NCBI GenBank assembly: GCA_900617105.1
Contig: UYFQ01000576.1
Span: 1-64,000 of the forward strand
Direction: 5' to 3'
From: Hydrurus foetidus
Lineage: Eukaryota
Length of the DNA stretch: 64,000 nt
Made by a program: the position numbers and the translations under genes
Notes under the pieces: generated by a model
What the model was told of the DNA's origin: nothing
Seen by the model: only the letters and a program-made list of their open reading frames with translations
Database searches by the model: none
Shown here: positions 12,100 to 25,300 of the stretch, in pieces
Position numbering within the stretch: position 1 is the stretch's first letter
How the letters are laid out: the number at the start of each line of letters is the position of its first letter

Positions 12100-13067
12100 C
12101 CAGCACCATCACCGCATTATTGCTCATCTCATCTCATCCCGTCTCATCCATGAGGCACCTTACATTGTAATTTAATTTATTTGGGTCCTTAACCATTGAA
12201 TTATTCCATCTTGGGCTCTGATATGTTCAGGGTGATGGAAGGTGATCCAGAACGGCACCTACTTGGGACTCTCACACTCTCACACCTGCTGCGTGCTGAG
12301 CTAAGCTGCGTTGTGCAGGGGAGGGGAAGGGAAGGAAGAGGAGTGAAGGCACAGAGCTCTGAGCTCCATAGCTGCATGCACCCAACCGTCTGATGCAATC
12401 TGCTGTAGAGTAGATCGGATTCTAAGTGAGGGCTGGGCTGTCTCTGAGGATGGACGAGATGCGAGACGAGACGATGAGGGGTGAGTTGCTCATTGTCACT
12501 GTGTTCCGTTCGGACTGAGGTGCGGACTCGAGAACGGGAACTGAACATTCTTGCGAGAATGCGTCACCCATTCGGAGACTGACGAGACCTGCTGCTGATG
12601 CAGAAGTGTCACCCAATTCCCTCCTCCTCCCTGTTCAGCAACATTGACACTGACAGTGACAGGTCCGCGCATGCTGAGGGCGTTCAGAGCGTGCTAGGTG
12701 CGCTTGAAAGCAACTCGACTGGGCCTGAGACAAGTGGCACCGAGTGGACAGATAGAAGCAGTGAAGGTCCTGAAGGAGGACTCGTCCTATCCTATCATGT
12801 CCACTTCTATCATGTCCTGGACAACAATCATGTTCCTCTTCTTCTTCCTCTTCTGCGAGCGAGAGAATCGCGTTACATTTATTCACTATGCCTACCTATC
12901 TATCTAATCGGCTGGATACTTCTCTGCTGCAGTTAGCTTTGCCGTTTTGAAGCACGTACGAGGACGATCGCATCTCCGCTGAAAATAAAAAATCGCAGAC
13001 TCCATAAATTATTTCTTTGTCTTATTTCATTCCGTGAAGAGGGATAGTTGTGAGGGTGCTGCAAAAG

Positions 13068-16000
13068 CTATCGAAGCTGAATTCTGAAAGTTGAGGATTG
13101 GTCTGCTCCCGACCCCTGCACGAGTCCTGGCGTCAAAGAGGAGGTGCTAGGCAGCACCTTGCGCTGACCGTCTGCAGTCCCTCGAGACAAATTCAATTTG
13201 AGAGTCCCGCTGTTCCTGTAGTGGAGAGACAAACGACATGAGGGGAGACAGTTCAATAGAGGGCTTAGAATATTCGGGGGTGGGTAAAGATCAAGGTCAG
13301 CATCAAGCAAAAAAATACTGAAGTGAAGTGGAGTGAAGTGGAGTACCATTCGTACTGCACTTTCCAATTCTTCGCAATCCTGAACCGTAATATCGTGTAA
13401 TGTACTGTGCTGTACTTACCTTCACCGCACTGTGCAATACTGCTCTGTTGCTGTGATGTACAGCAGTAAAGTGTAGTCTAGTGTGGTGTAGTGTGGTGTA
13501 GTGTATTACCGTAGCAGAATAAAATGTCTGCCTTTCATGCCCAAAATCCAACTCAAACGTGTGTGTGGCATGGTCAAAAACGGGCCACACCATACTAAAA
13601 ATCAAAAAGAGGAAGGTTCCCCAGATTTTTTGCTTTTTTAGTATGGTGTGGGGTGATTTGGATGTGACCCGAGGTGTCTGAGTTTTGGGCACGAAAGGCG
13701 GACATTTTATTCTGCTACGGTAATAGTGCAGTGCAGTGCAGTGTAGTGTAGTGTAGTGTAGTGCAGTGTACCTGTTGCCTTGCATGCTCCTTCCGTCCCT
13801 GTCTCGGTCCCTGTCCCTCTCTCGGCCAGCAGCTTGGGGTGCGGGGGGTCGGAAGTCAGACCCCAAGCGAAGAGCCTGTGGTATAGTGTGGAGCGACAAA
13901 AATAAAGTACGTCAACAACAGGAAGGAGTTGAGGAACTAGTGGGAGTGATTGGGGGGTCACTGATTCGTGACCAGCAGAGTGGTCTCGCCCATTCATCTC
14001 GAGGGTCTAGTGATTCCATAAGATTCAATCCAATGCGATGCGATGGGATATGAGTGGCTTTAAGGGGATGTTACACGATGGAACATAGTCGCAAAGAATG
14101 ATTGGCGATGCTATGCAGCAGGACGATCCGATTACCGTTTCAATCGGCAGGGCACAGTCGAACGCACTGTGCACTTCCAGCCACTGGGGTTTCCGGTCAG
14201 CGGCCCCGTCCCGCCCCCCGTGTCCGTGTGCACGTTCGAAGAAGGGATCCTCCGCATCAGTGAAATTGTTGGACTCATCTAGTGCCGTAGAGAATGTGCG
14301 AGTAGTGAAGGGTGAGGGAAGCCAATGGGTAAATATGTCTACCGTCCGCTAAGCGAAGAGGGGGAACTTCACAACGGAAGGAAAGAAAGAGAAGGGAGAA
14401 CGAGATAGAGAAAGGGAAAGGGAAAAGAGCGGAGAGACAAGAAGAGAACGCAAGGGAAGGAAGAACTTGTCGCACTGGAACTCGGATGGAACACGTGCAA
14501 CAAATTGATGAAGGATTGCGCAGTGTCTGGGTTAATGCCGAAGGAAGAGGAAAAGATCAACCTATGCAGTGATGTGCAAGGCAGAAGATGGAGAGTCGGA
14601 AAATCTGATCTCGGATCCTCGATCAATCGAGATCCAGTCGATCGAGGATCGATCTCTTCGTCATTAATAAAGGATCTTTTTTTTGCAGAGACGAGACGAG
14701 ACGAGGAGAGATGGGAGAGACGAGATAACATGGCGTGAGGAGAATTACTTGCCGCAAAAACTGACGAGTGGAAGTAGAAGGGGATGGAGTGATAGAGAGA
14801 TAGAGAGCTAACCCACAGAAAAAGTATAACTGTATTCTGAAGGGGTAGGATGCTGCCATAAGGGCGAAGTTAAGTTCTCTTGGAGGGATAGAGTGGGCAG
14901 CTCGTCTTCTCCGCTCATCAAGATGAGGCAAAACGACACCAAGCGGTTGATACGAAGAAAAGTAGGCTGCGCTGAGTCAAGTGGCTAGATGAAGTGGAGC
15001 ACAGTCACTCTAACTGACCTGTCTCGCAGCGGTGATGGCGCTGCTGATGCCTCCAGGGTGCTGCAGCAAGAGAGCCTCCGGGTCCGCCCACCCCACACAG
15101 AGCCAAGGCTCCCCTAAGGCGTACGCTGAGAAGGAGGACTGTCCGCAAGGAGCGTTCTGATGTAAGGAAGGAAATGAAAGAGAGGGGAAGGAAGGGAAGA
15201 AAAGAGACGGATTACAAGATGAGGAACATCATCCTTGCGGGTTGCGAAGTCGCAGATACTGATGTCACTCATTGCGATGTGCTTATGTGCAGGTAGGAGC
15301 GAGCATGTGTGTGTGTGCATGTATGATGGCAGCCCCCACTCTCTCAAGTCGGCATCACCTGTATGGCGTGCAGCAGAGTGGTGGCTGCTCTGCGTCTGGT
15401 GCCTCGGTGCGGGTCACCGGTCGCTACCACCATCGCGGCATCTATGGCACTAGCGATGTAGGCGCTTACTCCGGAGTTTTTCATGAACCCTTCGATCATG
15501 CGGTGGAAAGAAATGCAGTCAGACAGCAACTTAACGTAGGCGAAGATATCAGAAGATACAACAGGATAGGATAGGATAAGATGGGATGCGATAAGAGGTG
15601 ACATGGTAAGTCTGCACTAGGATGCGGTATGATAGGCAGTCATGCGTTTAGAGAAGTCAACTCAGGAGACGGAGAAGGAGGGGAATAGTTGGGTATGTAA
15701 CAATTGGTCGGAAGGTGAAGGGTCCTCTCCTCTATCAATCCGACTTTATTTCACTTCACTTCACTTTATTTCAGTACACTTCACTTCACTTGACTTTATT
15801 TCAGTACACTGGACTTTGCTTGACTAACTATCTTTTTGACAATATTGTAAATGAGAGCGAGGAACAGGAGCGAACCTGCACTTGTTCTGTTGTTGGGATC
15901 TGCTGCGAGTCTCTTCTGCTTCTCGGCGAGCAGTAAGTACTGGGCGAGGCAGATTCTTACGTACCCCTCGAGAGCGGCTGCTCTGACGGGGGGGGAGCAG

Positions 16001-17139
16001 AGGGGCACCACTGAAGTACTCACTCCGAGCATCCTGATGAGGCATGAGAGTTAGAGAGAAGGTGAAAGGGAAGGAGAGAGGAAGAGGAAGGAGAAAAGGA
16101 GAAGAAAAGGAGGAGAGAGATGAAAAGTGGAAAGGGAATAGAAGGTAAGGTAAGGTAAGGTAAGGTAAGGTAAGGTAAGGTAAGATAAGGTAAGGTAAGG
16201 GAGGAAGACGAGGGTGAAGTGAAGTGAGGTTAGGTGGGTAGATAGTTCAGCATTCAGCACTGCGCATCATCATGAAGGATTGACCGGGATTCCCTTCCCC
16301 TTCATCGGTCTGCACTACCTGACCTATACCTATTCTAACTTACAGTACTTGGTGTATCTCTGACTCGACCCGTCAGCTCCATGCCTCCCTATCTACTCCT
16401 GTCCAATCCCACCATCTAACAGACACGCCAATTCTTAATCAGCTCTTCCAGCTCACCTGCTCTCTCCCTCCACCTCTCTGTCTCTGTCTCTGTCTCCCTC
16501 GTGAGCACCGCCGACTCTCTGTTGGTTAGGGTTCCGATTAACGCACTGGCAGTAATCCGTATAATGCACACCAGATAATCCGCCAAAACCGTGTTTCATA
16601 GGCCGTGATAACGAGGAAGAGGAGGAAGCAGCTGAAGAGGAAGGAGGAGAGGAGGAGGTTTTCTGCGGCATGGCGTCAGCTGCTATAATCTGCGAAGAAA
16701 AGAGTCGTGTTAGAATTGGCCTGTGATCTCAATCACGGACATGACAGTGCTGTATGCTGTACGGACATACTGCACGTACCTGCAGATCGACTTCAACGAG
16801 GCAGGAGAGCGCAGCAGCTGTCACTATGCCCCCTGCAGAGAGGGTAGCGGCCTGACAGGCGTTGAAGCGGTTCTCGGACCTGCTCATTCTAGACCGACCT
16901 CGCGCATACACTACGTCAGCCTGGGAGATATGGATGAGATGGATTAGATGGATGCCATGGTAATGATAATGAGAAGAGATGTGGGAAGGTGTGAGCCAAT
17001 GAAGTTACAAATTGTTGTACTGTACGACTTCGTGGAAGACTGAATGGCCACTATTTGGCTGCAAGCATGGATAGGGTGGATTGACATACCGATAGGAGAG
17101 GCACATAGATAGATAGACAGATAGATTGATGGCTAACTG

Positions 17140-17202
<63 letters not shown>

Positions 17203-19356
17203 GGGTGACTGAAGAAGGGTAAGATATAGAGATGACTGGTCTGGTCACTTTGAGAAATGAGAGGGCGAGTCGGGATACTCTGGAGAGGATGCCCATGCCG
17301 CTCATGTCTTCGCTCCTGTCCTTGTCCCTCTCTTTGTCCCTCTCCCTCTCTCTGTCCCTCTCCCTGTCTTGGTCGTCTCCTTTCTCTTCGTGAGCCCCTT
17401 TGCCTCCCTCCTCCACCTCGCTGCTACCATCTTTGCTCGAACTGCTGACATGACACGAAATGACATGACATGACATGTTGGCGGTGAGAAGACAGTCAGC
17501 GGATACTCAAAATACGATGATGTGATGCACCGATGGTGCGATAAGGGATAAGATGGGATGAAACGAAGAAGGTGCACTTACCTAGTGGGTGCTTGGGCAT
17601 GTGGATCTACGCGCACCCTGCTCAGAGCGAGCAACAGCGCGCACTTGTAGTGACTGAGAGACGGAGAGGAAAAGAAGAGTAGTGGAGCGGAGGGTCAGTA
17701 ACGACGCGATCAGGGGGTATAACACTGTCACTCTTCACTCTTGGTATTGGAAGATCAAGTCGAGTCCATCTCCAAAGATTCGGTTGCATGGCAGTACGGT
17801 ACACTATCAACAGAGTGTCGGCATCAGTGCATACCTGTCGTCGTATATGAGTCCCTCAGGGGTCCTCTGTGCGAAGGACAAGGAAGAGTCCGCACCGCCA
17901 ACAGTACCCATGCTCGTACCTACGCTCGAGCCAGCACCGCCACCAGCACTTGCAGCTGCAGCAGAGGAAGAAGAGGAGGAAGAAGAGGGAGCGGCGACAG
18001 ACACAGCGAAGGATTCCTGCGCATATGATACGATGGAGATTATATAGTGCGACACGACACGGTATAGCATGACGCGATGCTATCGAAGGTTGAGCAGTCA
18101 GCATGATAATCCAGGGAGAGTGAAGTGAAGTGGAGCGCGTAATGGGTGGTAACGCACAGCACACACGACTGCATTGAATCGAATTGCGTCAGCTCCCACT
18201 GATATGATACGATATGATACAGCACAATACACCAACATGCAGTGCTGCGTGAGACAGCGCAACAACACTGCTTGACCCCTGCGCACATCGCACTGTTCGT
18301 TTAAGTCTAGGCTGCACCGTGCTATGCCCTACGCACTAAACTGAACTGCAATACACCATAGAGAATAGAGTGAATGAGTGGTCAAAAGGCCACACGCCTC
18401 TCTACTCCGCTTACCTCGTTGTCGCCATTGTCGACTTCTCCTTTCCCCTCGTTAATGTTGTGTTCCGAGAAGAGCAAGAGAGCCTTGATCACTTCGGGGG
18501 GGGTCAGTCCGGAGTACTACAATGAGGAGAGGGTAGGGGCATGATTGGATCGTGACATTGCATGATTGGGTGGTGACATTGCATGATCGGATCGTGACAT
18601 TGCATGATTGGGTGGTGACATTGCATGATTGGGTGGTGACATTGCATGATTGGATGGTGTGACATTGCATGATTGGGTGGTGACATTGCATGATTGGATC
18701 GTGACGTTGCATGATTGGGTGGTGACATTGCATGATTGGAGGGGAGGGGTGGGGAGGGGAGAGAGGGGCATCGCAGGAGTGGAGAGAGGTGTGAGTGTGG
18801 TGAGAGAGCGAACGTGAGCGCTAGTTGTGTGGACGCATTCATCTTTGAACCTGTAATTAAGTACGCATGTATGTGTGTATGTATGTGTACATGCATGTAT
18901 GTTTCCTACCGTTCTGATGGAGGACACCGCGAAAAGCAGAGACGTCCTCAGGTGCGTACTAGACTCGTTGCAGAAGTCGTTAGGAAGGGGGAGCCCCGTG
19001 CCGGGATGCACGAACAAGTCTGTGAGAGCTGAGAGAAGGAGACTCAGGGCAGGGTACGGATCTGCATTGATCACATCGAGAGGAGAGCAGAGCACAGCAG
19101 AGATAACACCAATTGAGGAAAAGAACTCGGTTGAGTGATATTCAAGTATGAGTTGTTCAAGTAAGTTGTGTAGTCTGATTCAGAAAGCGAGTGTAGGGGA
19201 CTAATCGATTAGCTTGACCTGACCTGACCTGACCTGACCAACTGACTGGCATTGTGCCATGCACAGATAGTGGATGTGCGAGTTCGAATGACTATTGATG
19301 CGATCGCTACTTGTTGACAGACAGACAGACGGACAGGAAGACAGACAAACAGACAG

Positions 19357-19390
<34 letters not shown>

Positions 19391-22300
19391 AGATACATAC
19401 ATACATACAGGAAGGCAGACATGCATGCATACAGACACAAACATGCAGACAGACATAATACAGAATACAGAATACAGAATAGGAATCTTGTCGATGAAAT
19501 ACCAGATCTCGTGCTCGGTACATATTGTGGCATTCAGTGTAGTACAATTCAATGCAGTGTAACACTCAGTGTGGAGTATTTTATTGTAGTGCAGTATAAC
19601 GGAGAGAAGTAAAATTGAGGTCAGTATAGTATAGTGCGATTCAGTACAGTGCAGGACAGTGGAGCAGTTCAAGATGTGGGGACCTGTGGACCCCAAGGGT
19701 ATGACTCGAGGGGTTCTTTCGTTCTGCCAGGCAGCCAGCTGTGTTGCGGCCTCGGCTCTGACGTAGGAGTTGTGGGGCCCCATGAGCAGTCCGGCCCGCT
19801 CGAAGGACAGAGAGGCGTTGTTGGACACGCCTACCAGTCGTGTGATGCGATGTGATGTAATGTCATATTAAGCCATCTCATATCACATCATATCATATCA
19901 TATCGTCAGGCGCACGAATGCATGTAAGTAACAGGAAGTGAGGAGGGCGACGTAGAATGTTCTAAGAGACCAGAAAGACTAAACAACCGATGCTAGAGAA
20001 GGTAGAGAGAGAATGTTGCACACCAGTTGATAGATCAGGTCAGATGGTTGTACACTCCACGTCTCCAAGCACCAAATTCTATTTGCCTACTTGGCACGTA
20101 GCACACCACAAAACTTGTCTCCTCTCTCTTCTCTCTCCTCCTTCTCTCTTTCTTCCTCCACCACACTTCTCCTTCTGATGCTCCTCTGTACATGCGGTCC
20201 TCCTCTCACTCCCCTCATACTGTAGAATAGAAAATCTTCTACTCTACTCCTCCCTCCTCTGCTCTACTCTACGCATGATGTTCTATCTGCTCTGCCCTAC
20301 ACCTCTCCGCTGTTGTGGCGTCGTGTCGTACCTAGTAGACATTCGTTGAGCGCCTTGAGCTGCAGGGGGATGGACTTGCCCCCGTTCTTCTCGAAGGGGT
20401 CGTGGTGCCTCTTCATCTCTTTCTCCTTTTCTCTGTCCTTGCCTTGCCCGTCCTTGTCGCCATCTCCGTCACCCGCACTGTGCACTACGCAACACACACA
20501 ACACAAACAGGGATGGGGAAGTAATGGGCATCAGGTATCAATCTTTCCAGATGTAGAATCAAACCAAAATACTCTCTTGCAGCTCTTTCATCACATGAAT
20601 CCAAGAAAATAGAAAGAGTTGTGTAGTGCGGTGCGGTACAGTACGTTACAGTACATTTCGTTACCTGCAGCGGGAACAGCGGGCAGAGTTGTGCTCGGAT
20701 GCGCCTGAGTGACTTTAGCCAGACTTCGCAGGGCCTGCACCTGCCGCAGCACGTCCGACCCGTCAATCTCCGTGTACAGCTATCAAGTTGAGATGGAAAT
20801 GGGGAGGGGACACAGAGATCGTGGTTAATGTGGATTGAGGAGAGTCACGGTAGGGAGTTACACAAGAAGGAACAGACGGTCAATTCTGTTTGTCATCGAA
20901 GCATTGCATGAGAGACATGCAGACCAGACAGGACTACGCTACAACGGCATGGATGGGCATAGTAGCAGTGCTTGCCTGTTCCACCAACATGCAGTCGGGG
21001 CTGATGTTATGCACTTCGGAGAGAGAAGTCCCGTAGGGATCCAACACCGCGTATCTGTGAGGAGGAAGAGGCGAAAGGAAGCGAAGAGCAGGTAAGAGAA
21101 GGAGAAGGAGCACGAAAGAAGAAAGCGAAGAGATGAGACAGTGAAAGGGAAGGAGGAGGAAGAAGGAGGAGAGGGAGAATGAAAGGAAGTGGAGGGAGCT
21201 GAGGAAAAAAGAAGAGGAGAAGAAAGAATCAAGAGAAGCTGAGAGAGGAGGATAAGGGAAGAAAGACAGAGGGATTGGTAAATGAAGATTGACAGCTAAC
21301 CACCCACCCACTCACTCTCAATCTCAATCTCACTCCCACTCAATCTTACTCTCACTCACTCCACCACTGACTGGCCACTAAGCGCACCTGACAGGGTAGT
21401 CGATGTCTCGGCATATCTGCAGGGAGTCGCGCAGCGCTTCTTTGCGCTTCTCCAGCATGGTCTGCTGAAGGATTTCCTCGGCAGTCATATCCTCCTGGTT
21501 CTTGCTGAGGGAGGGACAGAGGGGGGACATAGAGGGTTAGTGGCAGCATAAAAGATTGAAGGGTTCTCTAACTGAGGACAGAAGAACATGGTAGGGTGAG
21601 TGCAGTAAAGCAATGTGCAGTGAGATGCACTGAGGGGAAGAGCAATACAAACAAAGTAAGGTGACATGAGATCAACACAGTTACTAAAATGAGTCGTCTT
21701 GAGCTAGTGAAAGTACCGAGCAATGAGATTGGATGAGGTGAGCAATTCTATTGTTGTAGCAGCTGCGCACCTTTCGGCGAAAAAGAGGGAGAGGATCAGG
21801 TGAAGTCACGAAGAACAACATTGCTGTTAGTCATGAGTTTCATAGTTAGACTTGACGGGCTAGACTACCTCTTAAAGACCTGCACTCACAGGACATGTCG
21901 CAGGAAGGATGGGCAGGCTAGTCTAGTCATGCTAGATTCCAGTGAGTTATTCTAGAGAACAGCAGCAGACAAGTCTCAGCGTTATGTTAGGTAAGGGGCG
22001 TCACAGAGCAGGCTAAGTAAGAAGTGGCGGATGGGATAGGCTGACAGGCTAGCTTGGACACACACATGTCCTTCTACTCATGCTCTGCTAGTCTGTGTGC
22101 GCGCACGTATGTCTGCCAGTGAGTCAGTCAGTCTATAAACTTGACTGACTGACTCACTCACTGACTGACTCACTGACTGACTAACTCACTGAATGACTCA
22201 CTGACTCACTCATTCACTCCCTCACTCACCCCTTTTTGACGAGCCTCTTGCCTCGGAGTCTGCCCGGTCGTGTGTGCATTTGCTGGACGTACACCTGCAG

Positions 22301-25300
22301 AGCAATAGTCGTAGTGATAGTGATGGTTTAGGCAGAATAAGGTGATCAGTCAATGCGATACGATGAGTCAATGTCACAACATGATGGTTGAGCAAAGGGG
22401 AGGAGAGTGCAATGGTGAGTGATCGCGGACACATGCGGTGGATAGGCAAGCACATTTCGAGGAACAGAACGGGAGACAACTGGAGACAACAGATTTGAAG
22501 AGCATCAAACGGTAAGTTACAGCAGCTAACATAAAGATATCACGGGTGAGTTCGCAGTGAAAATGAAGGCAGGAAATAGAGAGATAAAGATATGCGGGTA
22601 GGCAAGTACCTCTTTTTTGTCGCTGATGGAGAGAGTGGGCTCCTTCATGACCTCGTCCCTCACTTCCGCTATTCGCAGCTTGATGTCTTCTTTGAAGGCG
22701 TGCTGCTTGGACATCTCTCCTACAGGACAGCACAGCGCATGATGTGGTGTGACAGGATGTGATTTGACAGAGCAGAAGAGGTAAAGCAACGGAAAGGCAT
22801 AGATAAGTGATGTGTAGTATGCACAGTAATCATACAAGAACCAAACACTATTTCCCTCTCTCCATTCCTCTCTTCTCTTCCTTCGCGTATTCAATACCTC
22901 CCTCCCTCCCTCCACTGTGTCTGTATCAACACATCCCTCTCCCTCTCCCTCCCCCCTCTCGCTCCCTCCCTCTCCGTCAGTTTAGAGCTCGCTTACCTCC
23001 CTTGCAACAGATCTGCTCCACCACCACATTGATCAGCCGAGGCTTGTTGTCCGCCTGAGATGACAAAGAGAGGAAAACAGAACAGAAAATAGAAGAGGGG
23101 AGAAGATAATGGAAGTGCGTCAGGGAACAGAACGATAAGTTTTCTGTGCGATAAAAGCAGTGCAACTCTTTCACGCTTCACATTTTAAAATATCATTTCA
23201 CTTCAGGTCGTATCATTTTTTGTATCGAAAGGTCTGGATGGTGGTGATGTTCATTTCGTGCGTCATCAGTGCAGTGCAGTGCATCCTCTCAAGATTCAGA
23301 ATATGGACCCATCCATCCATCCACCCCTCCCTCCCTCCCTTTCTTGAAACTTCTTTATTTCTCCACTCACCTTGAGCGGCTCTACGCTGATGCCCATTCG
23401 CAGGAAGAGTGCACCCGAGTCGAACACATATCTGTCCAGGAAGGATCCCGTGAGGTCAGCAGATGCTCCCGAACTCGCTCGCACCTTGAAGTGAGACGCG
23501 AAGAGGAAATGACAGTCAAGGCTTACGGAGAGAGGGGAGGAAGAGGGGTGAGAATAGGACAGACGTTCACTCGTGAATCTTTATACGAGATAAGGGTAGG
23601 GTAGGGTAGGGTAGGAGAAGAAGCCACAACTGTACAGAAACCCTGATTTTTGATCTGATCTGTTGTGATATGACACGAAGTGATTTGATACGATCGAGTA
23701 GGCGTGCTTACTGGTCGGTATGTTGACTCACTCGCGCAGGTATACACATGAAAGAAGTCACACTGCCTCATTCAGGTATGCACATGAAAGAAGTCACACT
23801 GCCTCATTCAGGTATACACATGAAAGAAGTCACACTGCCTCATTCAGGTATACACATGAAAGAAGTCACACTGCCTCATTCAGGTATACACATGAAAGAA
23901 GTCACACTGCCTCATTCAGGTATACACATGAAAGAAGTCACACTGCCTCATTCAGGTATACACATGAAAGAAGTCACACTGCCTCATGCAGGTATACACA
24001 TGAAAGAAGTCACACTGCCTCATGCAGGTATCCACATGAAAGAAGTCACACTGCCTCATGCAGGTATCCACATGAAAGAAGTCACACTGCCTCATGCAGG
24101 TATCCACATGAAAGAAGTCACACTGCCTCATGCAGGTATCCACATGAAAGAAGTCACACTGCCTCATGCAGGTATACACATGAAAGAAGTCACACTGCCT
24201 CATGCAGGTATCCACATGAAAGAAGTCACACTGCCTCATGCAGGTATCCACATGAAAGAAGTCACACTGCCTCATGCAGGTATACACATGAAAGAAGTCA
24301 CACTGCCTCATGCAGGTATCCACATGAAAGAAGTCACACTGCCTCATGCAGGTATACACATGAAAGAAGTCACACTGCCTCATGCAGGTATCCACATGAA
24401 AGAAGTCACACTGCCTCATGCAGGTATCCACATGAAAGAAGTCACACTGCCTCATGCAGGTATCCACATGAAAGAAGTCACACTGCCTCATGCAGGTATA
24501 CACATGAAAGAAGTCACACTGCCTCATGCAGGTATACACATGAAAGAAGTCACACTGCCTCATGCAGGTATACACATGAAAGAAGTCACACTGCCTCATG
24601 CAGGTATACACATGAAAGAAGTCACACTGCCTCATGCAGGTATCCACATGAAAGAAGTCACACTGCCTCATGCAGGTATCCACATGAAAGAAGTCACACT
24701 GCCTCATGCAGGTATACACATGAAAGAAGTCACACTGCCTCATGCAGGTATACACATGAAAGAAGTCACACTGCCTCATGCAGGTATCCACATGAAAGAA
24801 GTCACACTGCCTCATGCAGGTATACACATGAAAGAAGTCACACTGCCTCATGCAGGTATCCACATGAAAGAAGTCACACTGCCTCATGCAGGTATCCACA
24901 TGAAAGAAGTCACACTGCCTCATGCAGGTATCCACATGAAAGAAGTCACACTGCCTCATGCAGGTATCCACATGAAAGAAGTCACACTGCCTCATGCAGG
25001 TATACACATGAAAGAAGTCACACTGCCTCATGCAGGTATACACATGAAAGAAGTCACACTGCCTCATGCAGGTATCCACATGAAAGAAGTCACACTGCCT
25101 CATGCAGGTATCCACATGAAAGAAGTCACACTGCCTCATGCAGGTATACACATGAAAGAAGTCACACTGCCTCATGCAGGTATCCACATGAAAGAAGTCA
25201 CACTGCCTCATGCAGGTATCCACATGAAAGAAGTCACACTGCCTCATGCAGGTATACACATGAAAGAAGTCACACTGCCTCATGCAGGTATACACATGAA

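Noticed and set aside
10900..23700. Many short ORFs with TLHYT, SYLI, DRQT, CNVTTQS repeats
   Set aside because: They are translations of intronic micro- and minisatellites or antisense frames of real exons.
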